Numbered from the stretch's first letter, positions 1 through 33,257 are shown. The stretch is DNA of 64,000 nt from Paraspadella gotoi (GCA_051294375.1 CM119264.1:8616764-8680763); one strand, 5' to 3'. Program-made: numbers and translations. The notes: generated by a model not told the origin, from the sequence alone.

Positions 1-9
1 TGTCAAATA

Positions 10-355
10 AAATTTGAAAATTTAAAATTTGAAAATTTAAAATTTGAAAAATTAAAATTTGATAAATTAAAATTTGAAAAATTAAAATTTGAAAAATTAA
101 AATTTAAAAAATTAAAATTTGAAAAATTAAAATTTGAAAAATTAAAATTTGAAAAATTAAAATTTGAAAAATTAAAATTTAAAAAATTAAAATTTGAAAA
201 ATTAAAATTTGAAAATTTGAAAATTTAAAAATTAAAATTTGAAAATTTAAAATTTGAAAATTAAAAATTTGAAAATTTAAAATTTGAAAATATATAATTT
301 GAAAATTTATAATTTGAAAATTAAAAATTTGAAAATTTGAAAATTTAAAATTAAA
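10..355. repeat. AT-rich ~20-bp minisatellite (AAATTTGAAAAATTAAAATT-like)
   Basis: Degenerate tandem copies of aaatttgaaaaattaa directly visible. Confidence 0.9.
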
Positions 356-451
356 AGAATTAAAAATTTTTAAAATGGTAGAATAAATGTTTAGAGGACA
401 AAGATTTAACCTAATTCAGGATAAAAAATGGATTGCTAAGACGAGAGGTTG

Positions 452-1629
452 CTAAGTCGTTGTAAATCGTTGGTCTTCTGCGCTCATAAGTCCTGGCAGA
501 TGTTCAAGGGATTCAAAGAGTAAGGACGCCAAAAATGACAACGACAACAAAGACAACAACAACGACGACGCCACAAGTTCCCAGCCTCTCACTCTCGGTC
601 CCCGATCGTTCCCGAAGCTGATGGCCGAGTAGAGCGGCGTCCAACCATAGCGGTTGGGGGCGTCGACATCGGCGCCGCCTTGGACGAGGAGTCGAACCCT
701 GTCCAAGTTGTCGTTGAATGAGGCTTCGAGAAGGGGCGTGTCCCCGTCGTCGTTTCGAGCGTCGATAATGGCGCCGGCGTCGATGAGCGCCAATACGACG
801 GCGCCGTATTCGGGTCCGTCTCCGCCGGCGCGCGCCGCCCAGTGGAGGGGAGTGTCGCCGTTGGGCTGTTTTGATAGGTGTGTTTTAAATAAAACATTGA
901 TTCGTTCTAAAATTATATGTATTGCCCTTTCCCTACATAGTAGAAATTTGTAGAAATTTCATTATAAACTGTTAAAATAATCAAAAATACTATTACTAAG
1001 TTACGAAAACTAAATTTTCATCTACTAAAATCTGAATAATTGTAGAATTGTTCTTTCCCAAGCACAACAAAAAAATAATAAATAATTTAATTTTTAAAAA
1101 TACGTCTCCTATTCCACAGAAAGACCCCCAGACCTTAACGGCGCGGACAAGCGTCGCGTTCTCCCGCAGGAGACGCTTCACGACGTCATCGCGTCCCGCT
1201 TTGCACGCGTAGAAAATGTCGGATTCGACCAACTCGATCGAGGAATCCTCTTCGTCCGCTAGAGGGCGAAAGTGGGCGTGGCGCCGTGGCGAGGAGAGAA
1301 GGGGAGAGAAAAATGAAAAAGGCGAATAGGGGAGGAAAGGGGAAGAGATGAGGAAAAGAAAAAGGAATAAGGGAAAGACGAAGTCACGGTCTTGAATTGG
1401 TTAAAATGGCACAATAATTAATTAGCACTTACCATCTCTCTTATCCAACGTTCTCTTCTGGACATATTCATCCTGTAAAATATTAATGAATTTTATTTTG
1501 AAAATTTGGGATGTTTCCTTGAGTTTTAGATCCTAAGTTTATTTTTACACACATTCCCACCTGAATCGTGCTGCGAAACATCGCCAGGCAGATCAGGCAT
1601 CCAAAAATCCTTGACGTCTTTTTGATCAT
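452..1629 (-). CDS. Ankyrin-repeat protein with signal-peptide-like N-terminus (3' end uncertain)
   Basis: Phase-consistent GT-AG exons 1629-1561, 1472-1433, 1258-1134, 865-593 give MIKKTSRIFGCLICLAMFRSTIQDEYVQKRTLDKRDADEED...IFYACKAGRDDVVKRLL...NGDTPLHWAA...DGDTPLLEASFNDNLDRVRLLVQGGADVDAPNRYGWTPLYSAI. These are typical ANK TPLH/GADV motifs. The last exon is unresolved (read-through to stop at 452, or a splice at 592). Confidence 0.85.
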
Positions 1630-2020
1630 TGTTTACGGATCGAGAATTCGCACGGTGAAAGTAAAAATCCAAATTTGTCCTCACAAATCTCGAGATGAAT
1701 AGAATTCAAAATTCCTCGTTTTTTTGGAATATTTAACTCCCTGGATTCACGAATCGATTTCCATGAAAGAAAAAAAAATCTAATACTTTTTTTTTCGATT
1801 ATTTTTTCTGGCGAAAAGAGATCCAATTTTGATTTAATTTTCTACTTTTTTTTCCTTTTTTTCCCTTTTTTTCCTTTTTTTTTGCTTTTCGAAAAAAATG
1901 AAGAAAAAATATTAGAAGGAAAAATCTGGAAAAATCGCTCGAATGCGTTGAAATTAAAAGCGAGAGAAAAAGGAAGAAGTTGGGAAAATTTTGGAAAGGG
2001 GTTGAGAAGAGATGAGAGAG

Positions 2021-2068
<48 letters not shown>

Positions 2069-2380
2069 ATGAGAGAGAAGAGAAGAGAGGAGAAGTTTCG
2101 TTAAAATGGCTCGTGCTTTTTGACTTAGGTTTATTATTGGTTTTGCTAAATATAGAATTATCAGGAAATAAAACAAAAATTTAGACAATACTTGTAGGTA
2201 TAAGTCGCTAAAAGTCGTTACGATATTGATTTTTGGTCTGGTTATTTAATTAAAAAGGGCGTTGAACTCAAAGTCTTAATAATAATAAAAAGATCCAGTC
2301 AAATAAGAGGACAAGACTTTCACATCGCGAGGCGACGATGGGTGAAAATAAACTTAATTTAGACAAACATCGACACTCGT

Positions 2381-2442
<62 letters not shown>

Positions 2443-4474
2443 AGAGAGGAGAGAGAGAGAGAAAGAAAATTGGAGCGAAAAAAGGCAATTACGAGTATTG
2501 AGCAGTGGAGACCATGAAATCGGAAATATTCTCCTTTTCTCCGTGAGAGAACGGGAAGTGAAAGGGCAAAAGGTTTTCTGGCCAAAATGTGTGTGGGGGG
2601 AAGAGGGGAAAGCCGAAAGGCGACGTACGGGTTTATGGTTCTTAGTTTATTTTTTGTGTTAATAGGTCAAATGTAGTTAAAAGGAATCTATTAGTAATAT
2701 TACTCAGTTGAGAATTAAACTGGTTTTTGATTAATTCGGAGTAAAGGTTGAGCAGCAACTACTAAATTGGGTTAAGTTTGGTTCGTTGGATAAATTTTTG
2801 GGAGACCCAAACGTTAAGACCCTAGAGTTAAAAGCGGGATTTACTTTTGCGTCGACGATTACATTGATTAGAACGACGACGACGACGACGACGACGACGC
2901 GTATGCCTAAACAAATACCACCTTTCCAAATAATCCCCCAGGGGGCGAGACTGGGATTTGTCGTCGATTAATCGAAAAGCTTCGCCGCAGCGTTTCTTTT
3001 CTTCCCCCCGACGACTTCATCTCTGTCCCCATTTCCTTCCCCTTTTCCCGATCTCATCCTCCCTCTCCCGATTCTCTCTGACCTCATCTCTTTCCCTCAT
3101 TTCATCTGTTCCCTTCTTCCTCCCCCCGATTCACTTTGGCCTTATCTTCTCCCCCAATTTCATCTGTTCCTCTCTTCCTCCTCCGATTCTCTCTAGCCTC
3201 ACTTTCCCCCCATTTTTAGTCCCTCCCCTCCCTCCCGATTCTCTCTCACCTCATTTCTTTCCCCATTTCATCTGTTCCCCCTCCTTCCCCCGATCATCTC
3301 TGGCCTCATCTCTTCCCCAATTTCCTTCCCTTTCCCCTCTTTATCCCTCGTCTTCGACTCCTTATTTCCGACTTTTTCTTTCCTTATATCTCCCTTTTCA
3401 CCCTTCAGTTTTTTTTTCTCTCTTTCCACCCCACACTCCAACTTCCTCCCATTGGTGGACCAATTATCAGCTTGATAGAGAGAGAGAGAGTCTCTTCTTG
3501 AATGTCTTAGTAAGATTCCTCGTATGATTTGTGATTGTTACCAAAATCAGGCGGAAAGAGTTAATTTTATTTTTCTCAACGACTACATTAAAGATATCAA
3601 ATATAAGAATCACTTACAAAAAGATACTAAATAAATAAAGACAAGCTGTTATAAAAGCTGAAAGTCACTAAAAATCACAGTAAAAATATTAGACGACGAA
3701 AAATACTTCAACATTTCACACTATACAGACACAACAAGACAAAATTATAAATATTGTGGATACTATTTCACGCAACGAACAAGGAACGCCACTATACTTC
3801 CAAGGAACGAAACCTTTGGTGATTGGTTGTTTCTATATCGGGGTTAAGCCCCATTGGATAGTTAGGGATGGTTGTCGGCGTTGGGTGGGGCTGAGAGGGT
3901 AAGGGTGGAGTGAGGGTGTTAAGCTTTAATTCCGCGAGATTGGCATTGGGCATCGTCGAGTGGCGGTGCCCACGAGAAGAAAAAATATCGACTATAATCA
4001 TCCGCAGCTGAACAACTCTGCGTTTTTCCTTTCTTTCTTTTTTTTAATCTCGATTAAAAAAAAGAAAGAAGATGGAAAAAGAAAAATAAAGGGATGCGAA
4101 GAGCCAAGGAAAGGGGGGGGGGAACTGACCGAGAAAATGCTATCTTCTCAATTTCGCGGGGTTTTTGTGATGTTTAGAAATTAAGTCGACGGATCGAAGA
4201 TCCAAAGGAAAATCGATTCGGATCGAGGAGTAAACAAACGAAAAAAAACCCGACAAAAATCTCAGCTCCAGTTATAATGTTGAGTTCGGTGCATACTCGT
4301 TTGTATACATCTGTATCGTAATGTTCTTCCTTTACTTTTCCTTACATCGTTGCATAAATTGGTTAATGTACGTACTTAATTTAATAGTTAATTACTATAT
4401 GTTCCTTTTCTGAGTTGTTGCTAAACTTGCTATTAATTTCGGTTATTTTGAATGATTGCCGTTTTTTTTCCAGA

Positions 4475-4608
<134 letters not shown>

Positions 4609-4743
4609 CCCAAATGTCTTTCTTTTTCACACAAAACCAAAAATTGACTTCATTTTCTATCTCTATTATCTCCCCCCATTGTCCTATTATGATGTCTTCT
4701 CGCCTCTCTCGCTCTCCCTCTGACTTTCTCTCCATCACCCACA

Positions 4744-4775
<32 letters not shown>

Positions 4776-5627
4776 TCCTCCCTTCGCCCCCTCTGGTTCT
4801 TTCATACCATTTTCGATTTAGAGAGTAAATAAAGAGATGATTTGCGCCGATGATAAAATCACAATCGTCGTCGTCGTCGTCATTTTCGTCTACGCGGTGG
4901 TACCGGTTAAATATGGATGAAGATCAGTCGTTGCCTTCGTCTTTGTCGTCGTCGTCGTCGTCGTCGTCGTGACCTTAGTTATAAATGCATGGAGTTCATT
5001 TGGTATCGACGTAGTACTATGGTCGTCGTCGTATTCGTCGTCGTCGTCGTCGATATTTTTTCCCTTGAATATCTTTTATGTTCTCTCGTATTTTCGTAAC
5101 GATGATGTGCGTTTTTATTGACAATTTTTCGTCGGGGAATCCTCATCTTTATTCTTTTATTCCGCTACTTTTTTCAATTCTTATCGATCATCACCGTTTT
5201 TCCACTATTACCCAACTTTTACCAGGAGATCCAGATCTTATCGGAAAAAGTATTAACAGCTTCAGCGCGATTTAAGATAATTAATAAGAAATTAAAACTA
5301 TATCGCTTTTGTCTTTCCATCGATATCCAATATGACCTTACATCTTTCACATTTGTACCAATTTTTATTATATATTTTTTTATATATAATCCGAAAAGAG
5401 CTGGACACTTGTGTTTAACCATAAAAACAACATAATTATCATTATATCAAGTTATCAAATTTATTTGAATTAACATAATATCATACCCTTTGACACTATC
5501 GTCAACGTTCCCCTAACCATTATGATCATCATCATCATAAGGGTGAATGAGGGACAATTGCCCACAGCATCGCTGACCACCACCCCCACCACCACCACCA
5601 CCACCATCGCCACACCCTCTTCCTCAC

Positions 5628-6900
5628 CTGATCCACTTCTCTCGGGTATCCGTCCACCAAGAATCCCTTGGTCCCTTCCGCCAGCGCCTTGAGGATGGCC
5701 GTCTCCAGGAGATGCAAGACCGTCTCCATGGTGACCAGTTCCCCTCGGGTCATCGCCGCCTGGAGAGATTTCCCCAGGGAAGAACCGGAGGCCACCTCGT
5801 CGCGAAGGAGGTCCCCTGAGGCGAAAGGGTGGTCCGGGACCGGGGTGTTGCTGTTTAGTGCAAAAGGACCGGAGATGCGTATGATCGGAGCAACGAGGGT
5901 TTTTTAAATCTGAATAAGATATTTGTATAAAATATAAATTTAATTGTTTCTGAATATTGGATCTGAAAATAAGATTAGCGAAGAAGACGACGACGACGAC
6001 GACAATGATGATGTTGATGATGATGACGATGACGATGACGACAAAACACGAGTTTCCCGTGATTTCAGAACTTAAGCTTCTCGCGTTGACGAAAACCGAT
6101 CGTAAAAATCCGATAAGGGTCTTCCCGGTCGAGCGCAATTTTTCACAAACGAAAATCGATGACGTCATCGGCGTTGTCGTCGTCGTTGTTATTGTCGTCC
6201 TCGTCGTCGTGATTGCGATCGTCGTTCTCTCAGTCGTTGACGATGTCGTCGTCTTCCTCTCTTTGCTGTGGTCGTCGTCGTCGTCATCGTCGTCGTGACC
6301 TCACCTGAAGAAAGATGAGTCAAGTCGAAGGTTTTCTTGAGCATGTCGCACTGCGTTCCCTTTCCCGAACCGGGACCTCCAACCACGAAGATGATCTGAG
6401 AACAAAGAAAAGACGATCATTAATCGTTCATATTGAAGATTTTAAGGCTCTCTTNNNNNNNNNNCATGTCGCACTGCGTTCCCTTTCCCGAACCGGGACC
6501 TCCCACCACGAAGATGATCTGAGAACAAAGAAAAGACGATCATTCAATTCATATTGAAGATTTTAAGGCTCTCTTTTCCAAAAGAGCCCCATTTCGGTTA
6601 ACCTTATTATTTAACCGTAATCGGTTTCCAAACCCATAATCGAATCCCTAATCTTAATTCCTAACTATCTTCACTAACCCTAACGTAATTCTAAACCCTC
6701 ACCCAAAATCCCAATCTTAAACCCTAAAATCCAACCCTTTGACCTAATCTTTAATCCTAAAAGTCAACTGAATTCTGAATTTGAAATGTGAGATTAAGAT
6801 TTAAGATTTAAAAGTGAAAAAAATAAAGGCGACCCTTGACCGGGAGCAATCCAGTCGTTCCCCGAGTCTCTCGTTCCCGTAAGCGGCGGCTCTGTCTCAT
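5628..6900 (-). CDS. Adenylate kinase (AK1/UMP-CMP kinase-like), N-terminal half only recognisable
   Basis: Exons 6900-6841 (putative first), 6395-6305 and 5815-5628 give [38 protein letters not shown]...GELV...[13 protein letters not shown]: P-loop, HLS.GDLLR and DGYPR motifs. No LID or C-terminal exons were found downstream. Confidence 0.85.
6343..6575. repeat. ~110-bp direct duplication flanking a 10-N gap (probable assembly overlap)
   Basis: 6343-6454 is repeated nearly identically at 6465-6575, on the other side of the Ns. Confidence 0.8.
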
Positions 6901-7507
6901 TCTTTATTCAAGGGCCTTTTTCTCCTCTACTCAAGGCTATTTCTCTTTCTTCTCGCAGACAGAGAGAGAGAGAGAGGCGAGAAGAGAGAGATGAGAGAGA
7001 GAGAGAGAGAGAGAGCAGAGAGAGAGAGAGAGAGAGATGAGAGAGAGAGAGAGGATAAAATTTAATGCAGGAGGGCAGAGAACCTAGGGTGAGAGCCCGC
7101 GGGAGTAAAAAAACAAGTCAGCGCCACGAAAAAAGATTGCTCTATTTATAAATTCTAGTATATTCAATAAGTTTGTTAAAATAAGATAAAATCCACGATA
7201 CAAGGGGTACAATTTTATAATTATAATTAACTAAGATCGAGTCCGAGACAGTCTGAGTCCATACGTAGAAAGTCTGAGCTAAAAAAAAGAAAGAAAAGGA
7301 AAAAAAAGAGGCAATGGAAAAAGAAAAGTAATTTCGTTTGTGCTTCAAATTCCGTCTGCCTTGACGATTATTTTTCTTTGCCATAAATAGAAAAGAGGAG
7401 AGAGAGACAGAAAGTAGAATTTGGAGAAAGAGAAAATAAAGGGGAGGAAAGCAGCGACGGGAATTAGGATAAAGAAAATATTAGGAGGTCACAAGGCAAA
7501 ACAATTC

Positions 7508-7627
7508 TTATACCTTGCAGTCTTTAATTTTACATTTCTTGACCATTGAGTTGAGCCTCGTCTCAGAAATGACTCGTTTCAAACAGTCCTCGGTTTCCAA
7601 ACTTGCAAATAAAGAGACAAAAATATG

Positions 7628-7660
<33 letters not shown>

Positions 7661-7674
7661 GAGAGAGAGAAATA

Positions 7675-7706
<32 letters not shown>

Positions 7707-9109
7707 TGAGATGTATTACCTATGCTAACAATTAAGATTTATCACATTCATTACCTATAAGCTCCACCCAACGTGCAGATGCTGTAACCGGGCACGTGAC
7801 CTCCGTATCCGGGAAGCATCCCTCCGCATTTCGCGTACACCTGTCTTTTTTTGAGAGGGACGATTTCGTGAGGACACGTATCCTTGCACCTGTTGCAAGA
7901 AAAAAAAGAAAGTAAAAAAAAACAACCAAGAAATATTTTAGAAGTTTCCTCGGTTTCTCGGGGTAAGGCTCCTCAACGATTTTCCTCTCACCACTTTCAC
8001 GACCTTCTTTGAAAACACTCCCGCCGCCGTGAACGACCTCACCTTTCCTTTTCGAAGCGACCTTACCTTTCTTGCTGACTCCTCTTGATGACGTCTTCCT
8101 CGCACTCTCCGGCGCAGTTGCGAACGAGTCTCGCCGGGCAGACTAGCTTACCCGCCTCCTTCGTCAGGCAGGCTGGGGTAACGGGAGCGGGGCGTGGGGG
8201 GGGGGGAGATGTAGGGAAAAGGAATGTATTCATTGTGGTTGCTTAGGGCATAGTGATGATCTTTATAGTGGAGACGTCGTCAATGTCCTCGTCAGCATTG
8301 TGGTCGTCGTTGTCGTCGTTTTTTATCTGTGTTGTCGACGCAGAAATTTAGGGCTTCTTTTTTGTAGTCATAGTCGTCAGTTAATAGTTGCCGTTTCCGT
8401 CCACTTGTACTTCCTCTTCTTCTTCTTCCTCCTCCTCCTCTTCTTCTTCCTCCTCCTCCTCCTTTACCTGCTTTATCCTTGAGAACGAAATCCCTTTCTA
8501 TGTCTGACGAGAGACGAATCTTGGGCACTTCTCTGTAGGGAAGCTTTGGCGGCTTCGGCGGCGTCGGCGGCGCCTTTCGAGAAGCGTCGCCGCTGCCGCT
8601 GAATGATGGATCTGTGTCCGGCTGTGAATGAAAATTACAGGATAATTCCTTCCTCTCCTGCATTCACTTTCCCTTCTCTCTTCCCTTCCTTTCTCCCTTT
8701 TTCCTCTCCCACTTCCCCTTCACACCTTTTTAGTCCCATATTCCTTTTAAAATTTTTCTTTCCACCTTTTCGCTCCTCTTTCCTCGCTCCACCCTCTCGC
8801 TCTTCTCTCTTCGTTCGAGAGCTCACCTTCGGCCTTCCCGGCATCGTAGCGACCTCGGCGCCGCCGCCGCCGCTTCCCCCCGCTTTGGCGCCGACCCCGG
8901 CGAATTTTCTGACGCCGCCGCATCTTTGCTCGACGCAGTTATTTCCTTGGGCGTCGCAGCGAAAGGTTTTGTAGGAAGGGATGGGGAAGGAAGAGAGGCA
9001 GGGACGGGTCACCTACCCGGCGGGTGGAAGGTGGGGGGTGAGGAATAAGGGCGTGAGTGGGGAGCGAAGTATTAGCGAGACCGGTTATCTTTTTGGGGAG
9101 ATCGTTCAT
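7508..9109 (-). CDS. PYG-repeat protein, FAM166/CIMIP2-like ciliary microtubule inner protein candidate (~234 aa)
   Basis: Phase-consistent exons 9109-9013, 8945-8827, 8621-8468, 8172-8067, 7889-7755, 7601-7508. Contains GGMLPGYGGHVPGYSICTLGGAYSLETEDCL, matching the PGY.GHVPG...G..Y...T motif. The first two exons are less certain (alternative ATG at 8844). Confidence 0.65.
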
Positions 9110-9656
9110 CTTAAATCCGATTCTAAACGATCGATATTTTTCGTGCCCCGGAAATCGAGCCAGGATTGTTGCAACAAATGGATCAAACCCATCGTGGGTG
9201 GTTGTTATTCGAGGAGGAAAATGCAGAGCAGTTCTCAGTTTCCCGTCAGGAATTTGAGAAGTGAGAAAGAAAGTTGAGCGAAGCGAGAGAGAATGTGAGA
9301 AGGAGGCGAAAAAGCGTTACGCGTTAAGCGTGGAGAGTCACGTGTTGCGTGTCACGTTAAATGAAGATAAGGAAACTCGAAATCTCAAGCCGCCCAGTGA
9401 ATATTTCAAAAGAATGATGACGTCTTGATCTTTCTTTATATTCATCTCATTTTTTGAAAAAAAGTATTTTTTATAAACTATTTTTTATTCGTTATTTTTG
9501 CTAATGAGGAGGCTAAACTTGGATATTTGTTGACATGCTAACAACATATGCCAATAACCGTTTTTTTCTTTTATCGAGGGTGAGAAAAAACTTCAGATTT
9601 AATGTACAATAAATTTTCTTGTACTTTAGCGAGACCCCCGGGCCAATTTAAAAGTT

Positions 9657-10378
9657 TTATTTCTCATGCAAGTTTAATACTTGAATGGGAAGACATTTTG
9701 CTTCAACGCAGTTTCCATAATGCTTTACCTTTCGCTTGGCGTCGGGAATAATCGTTTTGCAACAAGACATACATTTTTCCTCCGACTCTGTGCACTCTTT
9801 CTCGTTTTTGACTGAAAAAAAAGAATAGTTCAATGTTCAGAGCATTGCGTGATGGTTTTTTTTATAAACTTTTATGGTTTTTCACCTTTATAACCGGCTT
9901 TGTCGGGAGGATAGCAATGATATAAGAAAGAAGGAGCGGTTTTGCGATTGTAGAAGCTGCATTCGATGACTCTGTAAGCCTAAAAGAAACCGAAGGCGAA
10001 AAAAACTTTTAGGTTTTCAGGAGGTTAAAAATCGGGTCACGGAAAATAGCCGCAGTAAACCAGAGCTGTGAAAAAAAAGTCTGGGAGGAAGCGAGAAGAT
10101 TCGCTAAAGACTTAAACCATCTGCATTTCCTGTCGTCACAAATCTGTCATTATGTCAATGTCAGTCTTCTCATTTAATCATGGACTTCCAAAGTAAAACT
10201 TATAAAAACTTAAGTTAATTAAGTTTTTCTTTCCTCCGTTGCCTCTTTCCCTCCAATCTATCTGCCTTTCCCCATCTCTCGCCATTTCCCAATCCTCTGT
10301 CTTCACCTGTCGCTTGAGATCTTCGGGGTCGGTGCTTCCGGTCAAACAGGTGCAAATTTCCTTGCATCTTTTCTCCAT
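9657..10378 (-). CDS. Small cysteine-rich orphan protein (~106 aa)
   Basis: Exons 10378-10307, 9979-9886, 9811-9657 have canonical splice sites in phase: MEKRCKEICTCLTGSTDPEDLKRQAYRVIECSFY...KECTESEEKCMSCCKTIIPDAKRKVKHYGNCVEAKCLPIQVLNLHEK*. No family recognised. Confidence 0.55.
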
Positions 10379-12397
10379 TTCTGTTCTCGTTGGGTTTTCG
10401 ACTTTTCGTCTTGCGTCTTGCTGTTCTAATATTATTTCTCACTTTTCACTAATGCTGTAGGATATTTCTTACTTGTGTCACCTCCCGAGCGTAAGGTCAG
10501 GTTTATCTATTTCTTCTCTCAACCTCTACCACTACCAATCCTCTTCATTCGTCTCTATCGTCGTTCTCTCTCTCTCTCTATCTCTCTCTCTCTCATCTCT
10601 CTCTCTCTCTCTTCCATCTCTCTCTCTACTCTCTCTCTCTCTTTCTCTCTCTCTCTCTTTCTCTCTCTCTCTATCGCTTTTTCTTTTTTTCCCTATTTCT
10701 CTCGCGCTACAAAAAATCAACGTCCTTCTTTCTTCCCTCGGATGTTAAACAAAATAATTGACGAGAAAAAAAAAAATCTTGTAGAAAAAAAACTCAAATA
10801 AAAAAGAAAGGAAAATATATAGGATGGAGAGATGACTTTGTAAGGCGATATCTTAGAGCTAAGGAATAAAACTAAGGCTCGAATTTTTTCCCAGGCGCGT
10901 GGAGTAGAGAGATGGGAGAATGGGGAGAGAAAGAGAGGGATAGAGAGAAAAATAGAGAGAAAAATATATATACATTTCTTATATATATATATATATATAT
11001 NNNNNNNNNNNNNNNNNNNNNNNNNNNNNNNNNNNNNNNNNNNNNNNNNNNNNNNNNNNNNNNNNNNNNNNNNNNNNNNNNNNNNNNNNNNNNNNNNNNN
11101 NNNNNNNNNNNNNNNNNNNNNNNNNNNNNNNNNNNNNNNNNNNNNNNNNNNNNNNNNNNNNNNNNNNNNNNNNNNNNNNNNNNNNNNNNNNNNNNNNNNN
11201 NNNNNNNNNNNNNNNNNNNNNNNNNNNNNNNNNNNNNNNNNNNNNNGAAAAAGAGAGGGAGAAGGAGAGAGAAAGAGAGATAAAAAAAATAGAGAGAGAG
11301 AGAAAGATAGAGTGTGGCAGAGAGAAAGAGCGAAAGGAAGAGAAGGAGAGATGGCTGTTTGTGTTTGTTTGTTTCGCCGACAGAGGGAAGGCGGCGTCGT
11401 TAGGGCAAAAGGGCGAAGAAGGGAGAGGAGGATCTTTTTCACTTTTTTTCTTTTTTCTTTTCTTCTATTTGGTTGAGGTATCTTTCTTTTTTAAACAACC
11501 TTGACTAAGCCATACTGGTATGAGTCTATGATCTGTAAATCAGAAGACGTTTTCTTTTGTTTTTGAGGCTGGAGGTTAATAGTCGCTCGTTAAATTTCAA
11601 ACTAACCACGTAAAAAAAGTCTACTTCTCTTTCTAACTAAATCACTCTCACTATCTCTCTCTATTTTTAATATACTTTAAATCCCAACGTTTGGGTCCGT
11701 GAGAATTGCGAGTGAAATATTCCCAAGATTCAGACTTTACTGTCATCATAAACGTAAAGACGAATGAAGTTTAAAAGACAGATTTTCATTGTCCGATTTT
11801 CATTGTCTCGGGTCAATTATAACCTTTCTTTTTGAATAGAATAAAGATTTTAATGAGAATTAAATCAATTTCATTTTCTTTCTTTCCAATTGTCGGACAT
11901 TTCTTTAAGTTTACTTCCTTCAGAGAAACCTACATTCATTCCTTCCTTGCCCTTCGTTATTGAGAATCCTTCCCCAATCCCNNNNNNNNNNNNNNNNNNN
12001 NNNNNNNNNNNNNNNNNNNNNNNNNNNNNNNNNNNNNNNNNNNNNNNNNNNNNNNNNNNNNNNNNNNNNNNNNNNNNNNNNNNNNNNNNNNNNNNNNNNN
12101 NNNNNNNNNNNNNNNNNNNNNNNNNNNNNNNNNNNNNNNNNNNNNNNNNNNNNNNNNNNNNNNNNNNNNNNNNNNNNNNNNNNNNNNNNNNNNNNNNNNN
12201 NNNNNNNNNNNNNNNNNNNNNNNNNNNNNNNNNNNNNNNNNNNNNNNNNNNNNNNNNNNNNNNNNNNNNNNNNNNNNNNNNNNNNNNNNNNNNNNNNNNN
12301 NNNNNNNNNNNNNNNNNNNNNNNNNNNNNNNNNNNNNNNNNNNNNNNNNNNNNNNNNNNNNNNNNNNNNNNNNNNNNNNNNNNNNNNNNNNNNNNCG

Positions 12398-31573
<19,176 letters not shown>

Positions 31574-32162
31574 TTAACGTCACGTTGCTCGACTAGAATT
31601 ATGTCGCGGAATACTCAATTGTTTTCATTAGACTCTCGTGTGAAAAAAAATTTCAAACAATAAAACTCTTTTGTTCATTATTTAAAAAAAATGTTCGCGT
31701 GTCATTTCATCCGTTCGCCGTGAGGTGGCGTGTTCGGTTTCGAGACCGAATTCGCCGGATCTAATTCGATTAAATCCGATGAACTATCGGAAATTCTTCG
31801 AAAATAAAAAAAAACTAACAAAAACAAAAGGACAACATCGTTATTTTTTCGTCAGTTGCCAGGGTTCTTTTCTGTAGAGAGGATAGATTCGTCGGAAGAT
31901 TGTTGTATTGTCTTGGCCAAAAGTGAGATAGGGAAATGTTTTAGTAGGATAGAGAGTTAGATAGTTGTTGTAATAAAGAAAAAAAATGTTTCCTTCAAAG
32001 GAAAACATAGGAATAAAAACCAAATCCCTTATGAGACCAAGGATCTCCCATCAAATCGTTGGAAATGGAAGAGAGAAGAAAAAATGAAAGTCGCATCTGC
32101 AAAACTGCTTCTCATGAGAAAAGTAATGTCTGGCATAACAAAATATATACTGCATTTAGAAG

Positions 32163-32216
<54 letters not shown>

Positions 32217-33257
32217 TAGAGAGAGAGAGGGCAGGTGACGAGTGGATATTTGTCGACTTTTGAATTTCGATGGAATTCATAGTTTGAGAGAAAATCGATA
32301 TTGGTTGTATCACCGAATCGTCACAATAGTCGTCGTTGAAATCGTCTTCGCAGTCGTCGTCATCGTCGTCATCGTCGTCATCGTTGTCAAATGCGATGGA
32401 TTTATTTTCCGTATTCCATTCTCATGTTTTCTTTCTGTCTCTGTCAAGTCGTATCTAAATTAAGGCATCCGCTATAACTTCTTTTTAATTTAAATTACAT
32501 GAAACTGTTGCGCAAGTTTTCAAAACTAAATTTTCTTTATTTTCCAGCTCCCTTGTTTATATTGCATAAATTGGGAAAATTATGTCATAATTTTTTTTTT
32601 GTCCTCTTTGGAAGCTCAAATAGATCAGGCGAAAACGACGACGACAACGAAGACGACGAATACAACGACGAAGACGACGGCGAAGTCTTTCTACTTTGCG
32701 ACCCGTTGGGGTCAGCAGGAATGACCATTGGATCTGAAATAAATTGTTATGGCTGACCTTTTTTCAGTCAATGTAAATACGTAGTTGTTGTTGTTATTTT
32801 TTTTCAAATTTTCGTTATTTGAGTCTTCAATTCCTTTTTGGATATCCACGCAACCTTCACCGCACCTCGCACTTTCTTAAGTTTTAAATAAACTCCAAAA
32901 GACGAAATTCATTTTTATAAGCTATTCCTTTATATATATATATTCATTTATTTATTAACTCACTAAGAAACCTGGACGGAATCCCAAACATAAATTTTTC
33001 GTTTTCGCTAAAAGCTAGTAGTGGGAAAAAATCCTAATAAAAAATAAAAATTATGTAATTTTACAAAATAGTAGTAATAATTTACATTGTACATAAACTA
33101 AAGAAAATCGTTCTTTAGTTATCGTCTATTAATAAATATTAAGAACACCTCGTTTAACGAATACTTGGCATATCCAGAAAATAATTTTTCTCCGGCACCC
33201 CGTGCCTGAATCATGGTTGGGAGCTCTGTTCACTGCGACCTTGCCGCCGGATAAGAC

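Noticed and set aside
6465-6520. Duplicate adenylate kinase P-loop exon
   Set aside because: It flanks a 10-N gap and is almost identical; likely an artefact.
6841-7512. Possible splice fusion of the PYG protein to adenylate kinase
   Set aside because: The PYG frame has a stop at 7508-7510, and the candidate acceptor near 6893 lacks a pyrimidine tract.
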